From the sequence record NC_024125.2: a DNA stretch of 64,000 nt, one strand, 5' to 3'. Each line of letters opens with the position of its first letter. Positions within the stretch are counted from its first letter, which is position 1. A program made the position numbers and the translations under genes. Below, piece after piece: positions 1-8,762 of this stretch. The DNA comes from Escherichia phage vB_EcoM_112. The notes under the pieces were generated by a model. That model was not told where the DNA came from. It was given only the letters and a program-made list of their open reading frames with translations, and ran no database searches.

Positions 1-147
1 ATCTATACGAAGTGTGCAGTACTGTTTAAGTAATTCTTCAAATGGCGGGATATATTCGTTTTTACAAATTTCTTCTACTCTAGCATCAGAATGGTGTGTA
101 AAAGCATTCATCAGGGATAGATAAGGACCAGTTAAAAATGTTCTCAT
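1..147 (-). CDS. hypothetical protein, N-terminal part (gene runs off window start)
   Basis: Minus-strand ATG at 147..145, open reading frame to position 1 (MRTFLTGPYLSLMNAFTHHSDARVEEI...); not in ORF track because incomplete. Confidence 0.3.
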   Translation of the reverse strand, partial: MRTFLTGPYLSLMNAFTHHSDARVEEICKNEYIPPFEELLKQYCTLRID

Positions 148-287
148 TTCTTCTCTCTAAGTTTGGGCCGTTCCATGGCGCATGAATTGTCCATTTCTGT
201 ATTTACCCATTACCGCACTTAGGCTCGACCTTATTACAGGTTGGCGGGAATCCCTCATAGAATCATGAGGTCCAGGTTGTTCCCATA

Positions 288-761
288 TTATTTGAACGAT
301 TTAACGTACTGAATAGAACCTTTACTATTCACAAAGGCAATTTTACCATTTTTATTATACATGGTAGCAGTACGTTGATAGCCATAAGTTTGTTTACCAG
401 ATTGATAACCAACTAATGCGAAATTATCTTCACCCATTTTATTCTGTTTAGCGCGAATGCGTTCATGACCATGTACCATAAGAACCTTAGCATCACCAGT
501 TGCAATGGATCTACGAGTTTTTTCATCTTCAACTGTATTAACAAAGTCGTCAAATGAATCAAATTTAGCATGAGATTTATTATACAGTTTTCCATCTACT
601 GCATAATTATATCCTTGTACATCCATCTCAACTTCTGTACCATCATCCAGTACAGCAGTGATTTTCTGTCCTTTTTTAAATTTCAAAAGATCAGTAAAAG
701 ATTCAGCAATAATTTGAGAATTAATAGCTGCTTCAGTAATAAATTCTTGATATGTTTTCAT
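288..761 (-). CDS. internal-protein-like capsid-targeted protein (157 aa)
   Basis: N-terminus MKTYQEFITEA matches T4 internal-protein capsid targeting sequence consensus; AAGGA RBS upstream; sits downstream of e where T4 has ipII/ipIII. Confidence 0.7.
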   Translation of the reverse strand: MKTYQEFITEAAINSQIIAESFTDLLKFKKGQKITAVLDDGTEVEMDVQGYNYAVDGKLYNKSHAKFDSFDDFVNTVEDEKTRRSIATGDAKVLMVHGHERIRAKQNKMGEDNFALVGYQSGKQTYGYQRTATMYNKNGKIAFVNSKGSIQYVKSFK

Positions 762-855
762 GTGTATCCTTTAAATGTAAATATTTTAATTAATAATTTA
801 TCTCTTCAAGTAACTGTGAATATACTATCACAATTCTAGGAGAAAGTAAATAACT

Positions 856-1824
<969 letters not shown>

Positions 1825-1843
<19 letters not shown>

Positions 1844-2313
1844 TCAGTGATAAAGTTATTTAAATTTTGAGCGTATTTCTTTTCATCAAAAATCTTTTGC
1901 TGTCTGCGTAAACGCCATGGCATTTCAATGAACACGCACCATATTCCTGATAATATTGCTGCTGTAAAAATATTAACAAGTATGGTTAAAAGAATCCAAT
2001 CTCCTATTCTGTCCATTGGATTTTTTATAAAAAAGTAAAATACGAATGATGTCACAGGAAGACTAATAATATACCACAGAATCATAATTTTATCTGTGAA
2101 CCAATCAGCGTTCGTTAACTTAGCGCGACCATTATGAATACACACGAATTTATCATCTGTTATAATAGATGGCTTAGCTGCTTGATATCCCATTCTAAAC
2201 TCCCTAATCAACAAATTTTTCATATCTTCGGAACAACCATTCCAGTCAACTCTATCAACTGAAATGCCATCATCCCCATCATCTAAATCATACCAGCGAG
2301 TTTTTAAAATCAT
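1825..2313 (-). CDS. hypothetical membrane protein (two predicted TM helices)
   Basis: 162 aa ORF; hydrophobic segments ILWYIISLPVTSFVFYFF and ILLTILVNIFTAAILSGIWCVF; ATGA start/stop overlap with upstream ORF. Confidence 0.6.
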
Positions 2314-2672
2314 TTAATTTTCCTACAATCACTCACAAACTCTTCCATTGATTCTTTTTCAATATAAGACATGTAGCTATTATATTCCTTTAATTGTATT
2401 TTGTAATCCTTTTTTCTTTGCCAATTTATTTTAAAATTATCATAATGAAAATATAACATGGTACCAAAGAATGAAAATAATGAAATCGCTATAGTATAAC
2501 GAAGTTCACTCCAAACCTCTGTTATAATTACTGTGCCGTCAATGTTTAAAATAAAACAGTCAATTAACAATCCAATAAGACTACCCGCAAGAGCTGCAAA
2601 TACTGATACAGCAAGAATTAATAGTGACTCAGGAAACGAATATTTGACTTTATTTAATTTTGGCTTTTGCAT
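2310..2672 (-). CDS. hypothetical membrane protein
   Basis: 120 aa ORF; hydrophobic segments LLILAVSVFAALAGSLIGLLIDCFIL and IAISLFSFFGTMLYF. Confidence 0.6.
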   Translation of the reverse strand: MQKPKLNKVKYSFPESLLILAVSVFAALAGSLIGLLIDCFILNIDGTVIITEVWSELRYTIAISLFSFFGTMLYFHYDNFKINWQRKKDYKIQLKEYNSYMSYIEKESMEEFVSDCRKIK

Positions 2673-3067
2673 CGTGATTCCTTAACAAATTTCATAATTT
2701 CATTAAATTCATACATATCTAGTTTAAGCTGGTGTTCCTTTTTAATCTTTTTACACTGAGCTTTCCAATCGCGTACACGTTTACGATAATGCCTTCCTTG
2801 ATACCAGTATCCTACCCAATTTACGGGTACTAATAAAAGTGGAACTATTAATGGAAGAATTAGCATTAACACAAGTATTTCGCCAGAATCAATATCAGTC
2901 ATAACATCTAAAACACCTCCAATAATCAATAGAATTACAAATGATATGAGTATAACAGGACCTATTAACACATCAGTAGAAATTATCTGACGCTTTAATT
3001 CATACTTCAACGGTTTACTTGGAAGGTATAGTGATGGTTTTGACATATTCTCTACATTCCTTAACAA
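2654..3067 (-). CDS. hypothetical membrane protein
   Basis: 137 aa ORF with non-ATG first codon; likelier start at ATG 3046 (MSKPSLYL); hydrophobic segments VLIGPVILISFVILLIIGGVL and ILVLMLILPLIVPLLLVPV. Confidence 0.55.
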   Translation of the reverse strand: MLRNVENMSKPSLYLPSKPLKYELKRQIISTDVLIGPVILISFVILLIIGGVLDVMTDIDSGEILVLMLILPLIVPLLLVPVNWVGYWYQGRHYRKRVRDWKAQCKKIKKEHQLKLDMYEFNEIMKFVKESRCKSQN

Positions 3068-3623
3068 ATTTTTCTAGTAATAAATCACTTTCAAAATTGG
3101 GATTTTCTACAAATTTATCAAAAAGATCATCAACAATAGTTAAGATATTCTTTTTACTAAGAATACGTTTATTTTCATGCTTCGTTTCAGAATCAACTAT
3201 AAGAGTAAAGAAATATTTCTTGCCCTGAAATTTTACAGTAGTATCAATATAAAATAAATTTGACTTTTGTAAATTACGTTTAAACCATGCGTCACTTAAA
3301 CTATAAACACCGAGATAATCAAAATCGTCGTTTAAATAACAAACTGTCCATTCAGGAGAAATGAAATCAGTAAATTCAACATCAAAATCACATGTTAATG
3401 AATAAATTGATTCAATACTGTTAATAAGTATTCCAGGACGTATTAAAGACTTTTTACCTCTAGAAAATCTTCCAGAAAGACTTTCATCAGTTTCATATGA
3501 AGAACCCCAATAATAATTACGTCCTTCTGCCATACGTTTAAGAGCATTTAGTAATTGGTCTGGAACATCAACCTGTCTTTGAAACTCTTCAAACATTGAA
3601 TTGAAATCACTTTGCATTTTCAT
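3015..3623 (-). CDS. hypothetical protein
   Basis: 202 aa ORF, same strand and operon context as neighbours. Confidence 0.6.
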   Translation of the reverse strand: MKMQSDFNSMFEEFQRQVDVPDQLLNALKRMAEGRNYYWGSSYETDESLSGRFSRGKKSLIRPGILINSIESIYSLTCDFDVEFTDFISPEWTVCYLNDDFDYLGVYSLSDAWFKRNLQKSNLFYIDTTVKFQGKKYFFTLIVDSETKHENKRILSKKNILTIVDDLFDKFVENPNFESDLLLEKFVKECREYVKTITIPSK

Positions 3624-3643
3624 TCCTATTTACTCCAAGTAAT

Positions 3644-3660
3644 AGGGGCCGAAGCCCCTT
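3644..3660 (-). repeat. GC hairpin GGGGC-CGAA-GCCCC, copy 1 of 3
   Basis: aggggccgaagcccctt; identical core at 44661..44677 and 63436..63453, all intercistronic on the minus strand. Confidence 0.7.
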
Positions 3661-3664
3661 ATCA

Positions 3665-4258
3665 TTATTTCAGAGAATTAATATATTCCTGAACATCGGC
3701 AGAGGTAGTTTCAACCCCAGAAATATTACCATTAAAGGTTTCAACTCGAGCAAGAGTATCTTCAATATCAACCTTAGTCAGCGCTGCAATTTCAACTACA
3801 TCATCGGCAGTACTAATTCCAAGGGCATTCGCTGCACGAGTTTCACGGATATATTCCAATTTAACTGCAAGTTCTTGGCGAGCATCATCCAATTCAACTA
3901 CTTTCTTAGCGATTTCAATTCGCATTTCAGCATAACCATCAGCTTTAGTAGTCAACTGCTCAGCTGTTCGACGATATAGTAAACCGAGTTTAGCATGCAT
4001 TGTTACATCTTGACCTTCGGAAAGAAGCTTGCGAATTTCACGCTCTTTTGATTCAGCCTGCTTATTCTTTTCGACAATAAGTTCACGAATACGCTTTTCT
4101 TCATTAATAGATTTAACGGAAGCAGTTTTTAGATCTTTAATCTTATCAAGTAGTTTTGCTGCTGCAGCAGTATACTGTTCTTCAACAGATAGATTTTTAG
4201 CCATAGCAGAACCAAGTTTAGTGCGAATAAACTCAACAATTTTCTTCAGTGTGTTCAT
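3665..4258 (-). CDS. hypothetical coiled-coil protein
   Basis: 197 aa, highly charged heptad-like sequence ([41 protein letters not shown]...); PspA/IM30-like architecture is a guess. Confidence 0.6.
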
Positions 4259-4314
4259 AGTATTTCCTTAGGTTGATACAATTAGATAATATCACGTTTT
4301 AATAGATTGTAAAC

Positions 4315-4650
4315 TTATTCTTCGTCTAGCTCGTCGATAAAGACGTTGATGGCCTCGATAACGGCATCATTGATAGCTAATAAAATAAAATCATCGTCAG
4401 TACCTTTAGAAGATTCTAAAGCATTGATATATGCTTGGTTGGCGAGTTCCCAAGCCTTTTTAAAATAAGGAGCTTCATCATCAGGACAAATATCCCGCAC
4501 GCCTTCAAAGATACGTTTGGCATAATCTAACACCCATTGTACAGGCATGTTTTGAGAGCGTTCGTTAAACTCTTTAAATTCCTTAGATTCAAAAAGCTCT
4601 TCAGGATAATAATTTCGATTACAAAAAGCTTTACTAAAGTTACGTTTCAT
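4315..4650 (-). CDS. hypothetical protein
   Basis: 111 aa ORF, acidic C-terminus. Confidence 0.55.
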   Translation of the reverse strand: MKRNFSKAFCNRNYYPEELFESKEFKEFNERSQNMPVQWVLDYAKRIFEGVRDICPDDEAPYFKKAWELANQAYINALESSKGTDDDFILLAINDAVIEAINVFIDELDEE

Positions 4651-4705
4651 AATGTTCTCCTCAAATTATAGGCTCATAATATCTCAATCATGAGCCTATG
4701 TAAAC

Positions 4706-4981
4706 TTATTTCATATTATTGAAATATTCTTCTGCGATTTCGTCGTTATCATGGTAAACTTTAGAAGACAGTTTAACATAACTTTCAGCAGTGAACATGT
4801 TAATCACAACCTTTACAGTATACCACTGACCGTCTTCATTGCCCATTACCGCATAAGTTTCAAACATCGGATGATCAGGACCGATAACTTTAATATCATT
4901 CACTGTACGACCGAAATCTTCTGAAACACATTTCATAAAGAAGTTGAACAGTTCGCCGTAATTATCCATTTCGTTCTCCAA
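4706..4981 (-). CDS. hypothetical protein
   Basis: 91 aa ORF. Confidence 0.55.
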   Translation of the reverse strand: MENEMDNYGELFNFFMKCVSEDFGRTVNDIKVIGPDHPMFETYAVMGNEDGQWYTVKVVINMFTAESYVKLSSKVYHDNDEIAEEYFNNMK

Positions 4982-5173
4982 GTTGTTTTCTGTATCAGTA
5001 GTTGATAGTTGTATAGTACCATGGAAGAACAGGGATGTAAACAGTTTTGTGAAAAAATTTTAAAAAATTTTGGGGAATTCTAGGGCAGGGAGGGGCAATT
5101 AAAAGATAGGATAATATATTATAAAGGATAGAAACTAAATGATGTCTAGAGAGGCCCGGAAAGGCCTAGATAC

Positions 5174-5204
5174 CAAAAAGCCCCAACCTTTTGGTCGGGG
5201 CTAA
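5174..5204 (-). terminator. GC hairpin with U-tract on minus strand; left copy of a 31-bp direct repeat
   Basis: aaaaagccccaaccttttggtcggggctaag; reads GCCCCGACC-AAAA-GGTTGGGGC-TTTTT on minus strand, directly after stop of 5210..5683. Confidence 0.65.
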
Positions 5205-5209
5205 GAATG

Positions 5210-5683
5210 TTATTTGATTTGTTTAGCAGACCAAATGCGATCTTTAATAATTTTTTGGATGTCTTCAACATACTCAAGAGAGTGAGCATGTGGGTTATCT
5301 TTGAAACTATAAGCACGAGCTAACTTTTGACCTTCAGTTTTGATTACTAAAAGCTCTTTAAGGATAGCTTCATATTTGGAGATAATTCCTTTAACAATAT
5401 TTTTTTCTTGTGTAGCTTTAGGATCTGCTTTAGGAGCAGGTTTACCTGAAGCCTTTGCAAAAGCAGCGCCAGTAGCAACTAAACTTTTCCAGGCCATACT
5501 AACAGCATTCCCCGTAAATCCTTCTGCTTTCATGTCGCGAGCAAATTGGAATCGCGATTCGTCAGAAGCATCTTTATAAGAATATTTACCCGCTGCAATG
5601 GCTGCTTTTGCGACAGCTTGAATTTCGGTGCTAGATGCTTCATTTAACACCGCTTCATTTAAAAATTGAGTATATGATTTCAT
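5210..5683 (-). CDS. CTS-bearing internal-protein-like protein (157 aa)
   Basis: ATG at 5683 preceded by AGGAAATAAG; N-terminus MKSYTQFLNEA resembles the capsid targeting sequence; the 231-aa track ORF 5210..5905 runs across promoter and terminator and is rejected. Confidence 0.7.
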   Translation of the reverse strand: MKSYTQFLNEAVLNEASSTEIQAVAKAAIAAGKYSYKDASDESRFQFARDMKAEGFTGNAVSMAWKSLVATGAAFAKASGKPAPKADPKATQEKNIVKGIISKYEAILKELLVIKTEGQKLARAYSFKDNPHAHSLEYVEDIQKIIKDRIWSAKQIK

Positions 5684-5721
5684 CTTATTTCCTGTTTTAA
5701 TTTGTAGATTTAATATACTTA

Positions 5722-5729
5722 TATTTATA
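5722..5729 (-). promoter_or_regulatory. T4 late-promoter motif TATAAATA (minus strand)
   Basis: plus-strand tatttata about 40 nt upstream of the ATG at 5683. Confidence 0.6.
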
Positions 5730-5731
5730 CT

Positions 5732-5762
5732 AAAAAGCCCCAACCTTTCGGTCGGGGCTAAG
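5732..5762 (-). terminator. GC hairpin with U-tract; right copy of the 31-bp direct repeat
   Basis: aaaaagccccaacctttcggtcggggctaag; 30/31 identical to 5174..5204, single difference in the loop. Confidence 0.65.
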
Positions 5763-6074
5763 CCTTGCGGCAACCTTGTCGGGGTTCCACCTGCTAAGGC
5801 AAGTGTTTGTACGAAACGCCGGGATTCGAACCCGGTTATCAAGCAGTTGACGCTACTCAATATTTTAAAAGGCCATATCTCGACCATATCCGAACGTTCC
5901 GTCAAAAACGCTACTCGGCTTACGGCAAAGATATTTCCTCGAATCGATAATTCGGTGCGCCGTTTCTGCTGTGATGTAAGGGGATATTAACAAATCGTAA
6001 AGATTTATTAAGACCAGTCCTTACTCAGGGAACATCAGTCCGACGACTTACCGGTAGCGACCCGGTTTCTTGTC
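5763..6074 (-). ncRNA. candidate stable small RNAs (T4 rnaC/rnaD-like region)
   Basis: 312 bp with no ORF between tRNA-Arg and a terminator; minus strand has tRNA-like T-arm CCGGG-TTCGAAT-CCCGG near 5815..5835; T4 encodes two stable RNAs next to tRNA-Arg. Confidence 0.4.
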
Positions 6075-6151
<77 letters not shown>

Positions 6152-6155
6152 TAAT

Positions 6156-6821
6156 TTAAAATTTCATTTTTCGACCTTTAAACCATCCTTCTGGAATTGG
6201 GTCAGTTTTCTTAATACGTTTAGAAACTTTTTCATCTAATGAATGAATCCACATCATACCGAATTGGGAATTCTTTTCACCTTTCTGGTGATTATTTTTG
6301 GCGTGAGATTCTTTCATTTTATTAATAGTTTCAGGAGTATGGGTCTTACCCAAGAAAGATTTAGTATTTAAAAATTTCTCTCTATACTTAGGATTATCCC
6401 AAAGCTGTTTAAACCTTTCTGAACCCATTTTACGATATTTTTCTTTAAGGTCTGGGTCGTTCTCAAATCTGGTTTTAAAAGCGGCAGCTCCTTTTAAGGA
6501 AGCTTCTTTCTTTTTATCCAAATATTCTTTAGTGTTTAAATGGTCCCAACCACCTTCACCACCTAATTTCAAATTATAAACATCAGGGCGCTTTAAAAAC
6601 TCTTCAGTCACAATATTCTTTTCTAACTCAAACATAGAGGTTTTATCGTCAAAGAACTCTAATATTTCTTTAGAAAAATTTTCTATACCATACTTATCTT
6701 GGGCTCTTTTTAATAATTTACCAGAACCCATATATCCATCATCTAAATTTTCGGTAGAATGAGCGCCTATATAGATTTTATTATTAATTTTATTTGTTAT
6801 TTTATAAATGTAATGGAACAT
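6156..6821 (-). CDS. segB: GIY-YIG homing endonuclease
   Basis: 221 aa; N-terminal GIY-YIG motif (HYIYKITNKINNKIYIGAH); lies inside the tRNA cluster as T4 segB does. Confidence 0.85.
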   Translation of the reverse strand: MFHYIYKITNKINNKIYIGAHSTENLDDGYMGSGKLLKRAQDKYGIENFSKEILEFFDDKTSMFELEKNIVTEEFLKRPDVYNLKLGGEGGWDHLNTKEYLDKKKEASLKGAAAFKTRFENDPDLKEKYRKMGSERFKQLWDNPKYREKFLNTKSFLGKTHTPETINKMKESHAKNNHQKGEKNSQFGMMWIHSLDEKVSKRIKKTDPIPEGWFKGRKMKF

Positions 6822-6862
6822 AAATATCTCCTATTTCTAAGAGTATTTATGTTCCCAAAATA

Positions 6863-6934
6863 TGGCCCTGGGTGGAATTGAACCACCATCTGGCGATTAT
6901 GAGTCGCTTGCTTGAACCTTCCAGCTACAGGGCC
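6863..6934 (-). tRNA. tRNA-Ile (anticodon CAU)
   Basis: Acceptor GGCCCTG/CAGGGCC, anticodon loop CTCATAA, T-arm GGTGG-TTCAATT-CCACC; no encoded CCA. Confidence 0.7.
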
Positions 6935-6940
6935 TTGATA

Positions 6941-7013
6941 TGCTGATTGGCGGAATCGAACCGCCGACGTCCTCATTACAAGTGAGGTGCTCTACCTACT
7001 GAGCTAAATCAGC
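6941..7013 (-). tRNA. tRNA-Thr (anticodon UGU)
   Basis: Acceptor GCTGATT/AATCAGC, D-arm GCTC..GAGC, anticodon loop CTTGTAA, T-arm GGCGG-TTCGATT-CCGCC. Confidence 0.8.
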
Positions 7014-7020
7014 GAAATTA

Positions 7021-7107
7021 CGGAGGCGATAGGATTCGAACCTATGAGTCGCCGGAGCGACTGCCGGTTTTCAAGACCGGTGCATTAAACCACTCTGCCA
7101 CGCCTCC
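7021..7107 (-). tRNA. tRNA-Ser (anticodon UGA), class II
   Basis: Acceptor GGAGGCG/CGCCTCC, anticodon loop CTTGAAA, long variable arm, T-arm TAGG-TTCGAAT-CCTA. Confidence 0.8.
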
Positions 7108-7109
7108 AG

Positions 7110-7183
7110 TCTCCGCGGCAGGATTTGAACCTGCGACATTCTGCTCCCAAAGCAGACGCTCTACCAAACTGAGCTACACGAAG
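7110..7183 (-). tRNA. tRNA-Pro (anticodon UGG)
   Basis: Acceptor CTTCGTG/CGCGGAG with G-U pairs, anticodon loop TTTGGGA, T-arm GCAGG-TTCAAAT-CCTGC; only 2 nt from tRNA-Ser (Pro-Ser dimer). Confidence 0.75.
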
Positions 7184-7195
7184 TAAATTAAATTT

Positions 7196-7267
<72 letters not shown>

Positions 7268-7273
7268 AAACTT

Positions 7274-7360
7274 TGGTACGAGAAGTGGGACTCGAACCCA
7301 CAAGGAAATCATTCCGCAGCATTTTAAGTGCTGTGCCTTTACCAATTTGACCATTCTCGC
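7274..7360 (-). tRNA. tRNA-Leu (anticodon UAA), class II
   Basis: Acceptor GCGAGAA/TTCTCGT, anticodon loop CTTAAAA, long variable arm, T-arm GTGGG-TTCGAGT-CCCAC, encoded CCA. Confidence 0.8.
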
Positions 7361-7361
7361 G

Positions 7362-7434
7362 CTGGGAATAAAGGACTCGAACCTTTGCATCTAGCAGTCA
7401 AAGTGCTATGCCTTACCAACTTGGCTAATTCCCA
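7362..7434 (-). tRNA. tRNA-Gln (anticodon UUG)
   Basis: Acceptor TGGGAAT/ATTCCCA, anticodon loop CTTTGAC, T-arm AAAGG-TTCGAGT-CCTTT; 1 nt from tRNA-Leu (Gln-Leu dimer). Confidence 0.8.
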
Positions 7435-7531
7435 ATTATTAACAAAGGCTCTCAAGCAAGAACCCTTGATGATAGAGGGTATTAATCAGTGCGGTATGAG
7501 TTAATAATAACAAATAATTCTTAAAGCATAT

Positions 7532-7819
7532 TTACCATTTATGATGATACATACTTACGATGCATTCAAGACCCAAAGAATTCTTGAAAATATCATATTC
7601 AAGAGGACCTTTTTCTGTTTCAATAAAGAAATCAAAATTTACTGTATTAAATTTACGGTCTTCCTTTACTAATTTAACTTGAGAAGATGAACGGTCAATG
7701 TAAACCTTTTCAACTTCAAAACATGTTAAAATGCCATAATCATCAATCAAGGCTTTAGCTGCTTCTTGATCATATTTATATCCATTTTCAACGGATGATA
7801 CTTTTGCATAAAGAATCAT
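7532..7819 (-). CDS. hypothetical protein
   Basis: 95 aa ORF between tRNA cluster and internal-protein-like locus. Confidence 0.55.
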   Translation of the reverse strand: MILYAKVSSVENGYKYDQEAAKALIDDYGILTCFEVEKVYIDRSSSQVKLVKEDRKFNTVNFDFFIETEKGPLEYDIFKNSLGLECIVSMYHHKW

Positions 7820-7821
7820 TA

Positions 7822-8205
7822 TCAGCCTTCATCAACAATAGTATGAGTATGGGCATTTACAATTTGCCACCAATCAAAGCGATTAGAACCATACATCGGT
7901 TTGTTTTCATTTTCTTTGATAATATCACGGAGTTCATCTTCAGTAGCGGCTTTCGCGATTAAATCAGCATATCCACCACGAGGATAATAATTATCACCTG
8001 CAAAAAGTAAAAAATTTGGTGTAATATTATTGAACTCTTCAAGAGTAATAACTGTTCCTGATGGTAGTTGAACAATCTCTACATAGTTATATCCTAATTT
8101 TTGAGCAGCATCTACTGCTTCAAGCAGGGTATCATGAGCCCGTCCTATTTGGCAATTTGGCTTTTTAGATGGATTAGCCTGATAATCCGCGTACACTTTA
8201 TACAT
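7822..8205 (-). CDS. hypothetical protein (127 aa from ATG at 8205)
   Basis: Track ORF 7822..8238; ATG at 8205 (MYKVYADYQ) has RBS AAAGGTGA and avoids overlap with the upstream ORF. Confidence 0.55.
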   Translation of the reverse strand: MYKVYADYQANPSKKPNCQIGRAHDTLLEAVDAAQKLGYNYVEIVQLPSGTVITLEEFNNITPNFLLFAGDNYYPRGGYADLIAKAATEDELRDIIKENENKPMYGSNRFDWWQIVNAHTHTIVDEG

Positions 8206-8206
8206 T

Positions 8207-8392
8207 CTATTCACCTTTAGAAATTTTATCCATAACAATAGCGATTAAACCAATTAAAAATGCTACTACAAGTGAAAACACATTTTCTGCTGTAGTCAAT
8301 AATCCACATATAAATCCAACAAACATTGAAAAACTAAAAGCGGAAGCAGAAATTGCAATAGCAACATTTCGAATTAATTCACAACGTTTCAT
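8207..8392 (-). CDS. hypothetical small membrane protein (61 aa)
   Basis: Almost entirely hydrophobic (AIAISASAFSFSMFVGFICGLL...VVAFLIGLIAIV); first gene after promoter element at 8412..8450. Confidence 0.5.
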   Translation of the reverse strand: MKRCELIRNVAIAISASAFSFSMFVGFICGLLTTAENVFSLVVAFLIGLIAIVMDKISKGE

Positions 8393-8411
8393 TTTATTCT
8401 CCTCAGTAGTA

Positions 8412-8450
8412 GATAGGGTAATAGTATCACTACCCTATCTAAAAGTAAAC
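8412..8450 (-). promoter_or_regulatory. early-type promoter with inverted repeat (promoter/stem-loop element), copy 1
   Basis: Minus strand: GTTTAC (-35), about 18 nt, TACTAT (-10); perfect inverted repeat gatagggta-atagtatcac-taccctatc on the spacer and -10. Confidence 0.55.
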
Positions 8451-8684
8451 TTATTTTTTACGAAAAATTGATTTATATTTATCAGCCCATTTCTCGATGA
8501 CTTTTTCTGGTCCATAGATAACAAAATAATCACCAAACTCTTCACCACCGAGTTGACCGAAATTATCTAATGCATCACGAAGAACTCCATGAGGCATTTC
8601 GCCCATTTTATCTTTCTTGCCAATGTAAATAAACTCAACTTTTACATCAGCAGCTTCAGCAATAAATTCTTGATACATTTTCAT
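8451..8684 (-). CDS. CTS-bearing internal-protein-like protein (77 aa)
   Basis: ATG at 8684 preceded by GGAG; N-terminus MKMYQEFIAEA; track ORF extends to 8702 through a non-ATG codon. Confidence 0.65.
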   Translation of the reverse strand: MKMYQEFIAEAADVKVEFIYIGKKDKMGEMPHGVLRDALDNFGQLGGEEFGDYFVIYGPEKVIEKWADKYKSIFRKK

Positions 8685-8711
8685 TTTATTCTCCAATTTC
8701 ACATTTGTTTT

Positions 8712-8750
8712 GATAGGGTAATAGTATCACTACTAAAACCCCGTGTAAAC
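8712..8750 (-). promoter_or_regulatory. early-type promoter with partial stem-loop, copy 2
   Basis: gatagggtaatagtatcactac...gtaaac; minus-strand -35 GTTTAC and -10 TACTAT retained, right stem arm degenerate. Confidence 0.5.
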
Positions 8751-8762
8751 AACTTTGTGAAA

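Noticed and set aside
5210-5905. 231-aa ORF from the track spanning 5210..5905
   Set aside because: Its upstream 74 codons run through a late promoter motif, a terminator hairpin and part of the stable-RNA region; the ATG at 5683 has a strong RBS and gives a protein starting with the CTS-like MKSYTQFLNEA, so the long form is an artefact of an open upstream frame.
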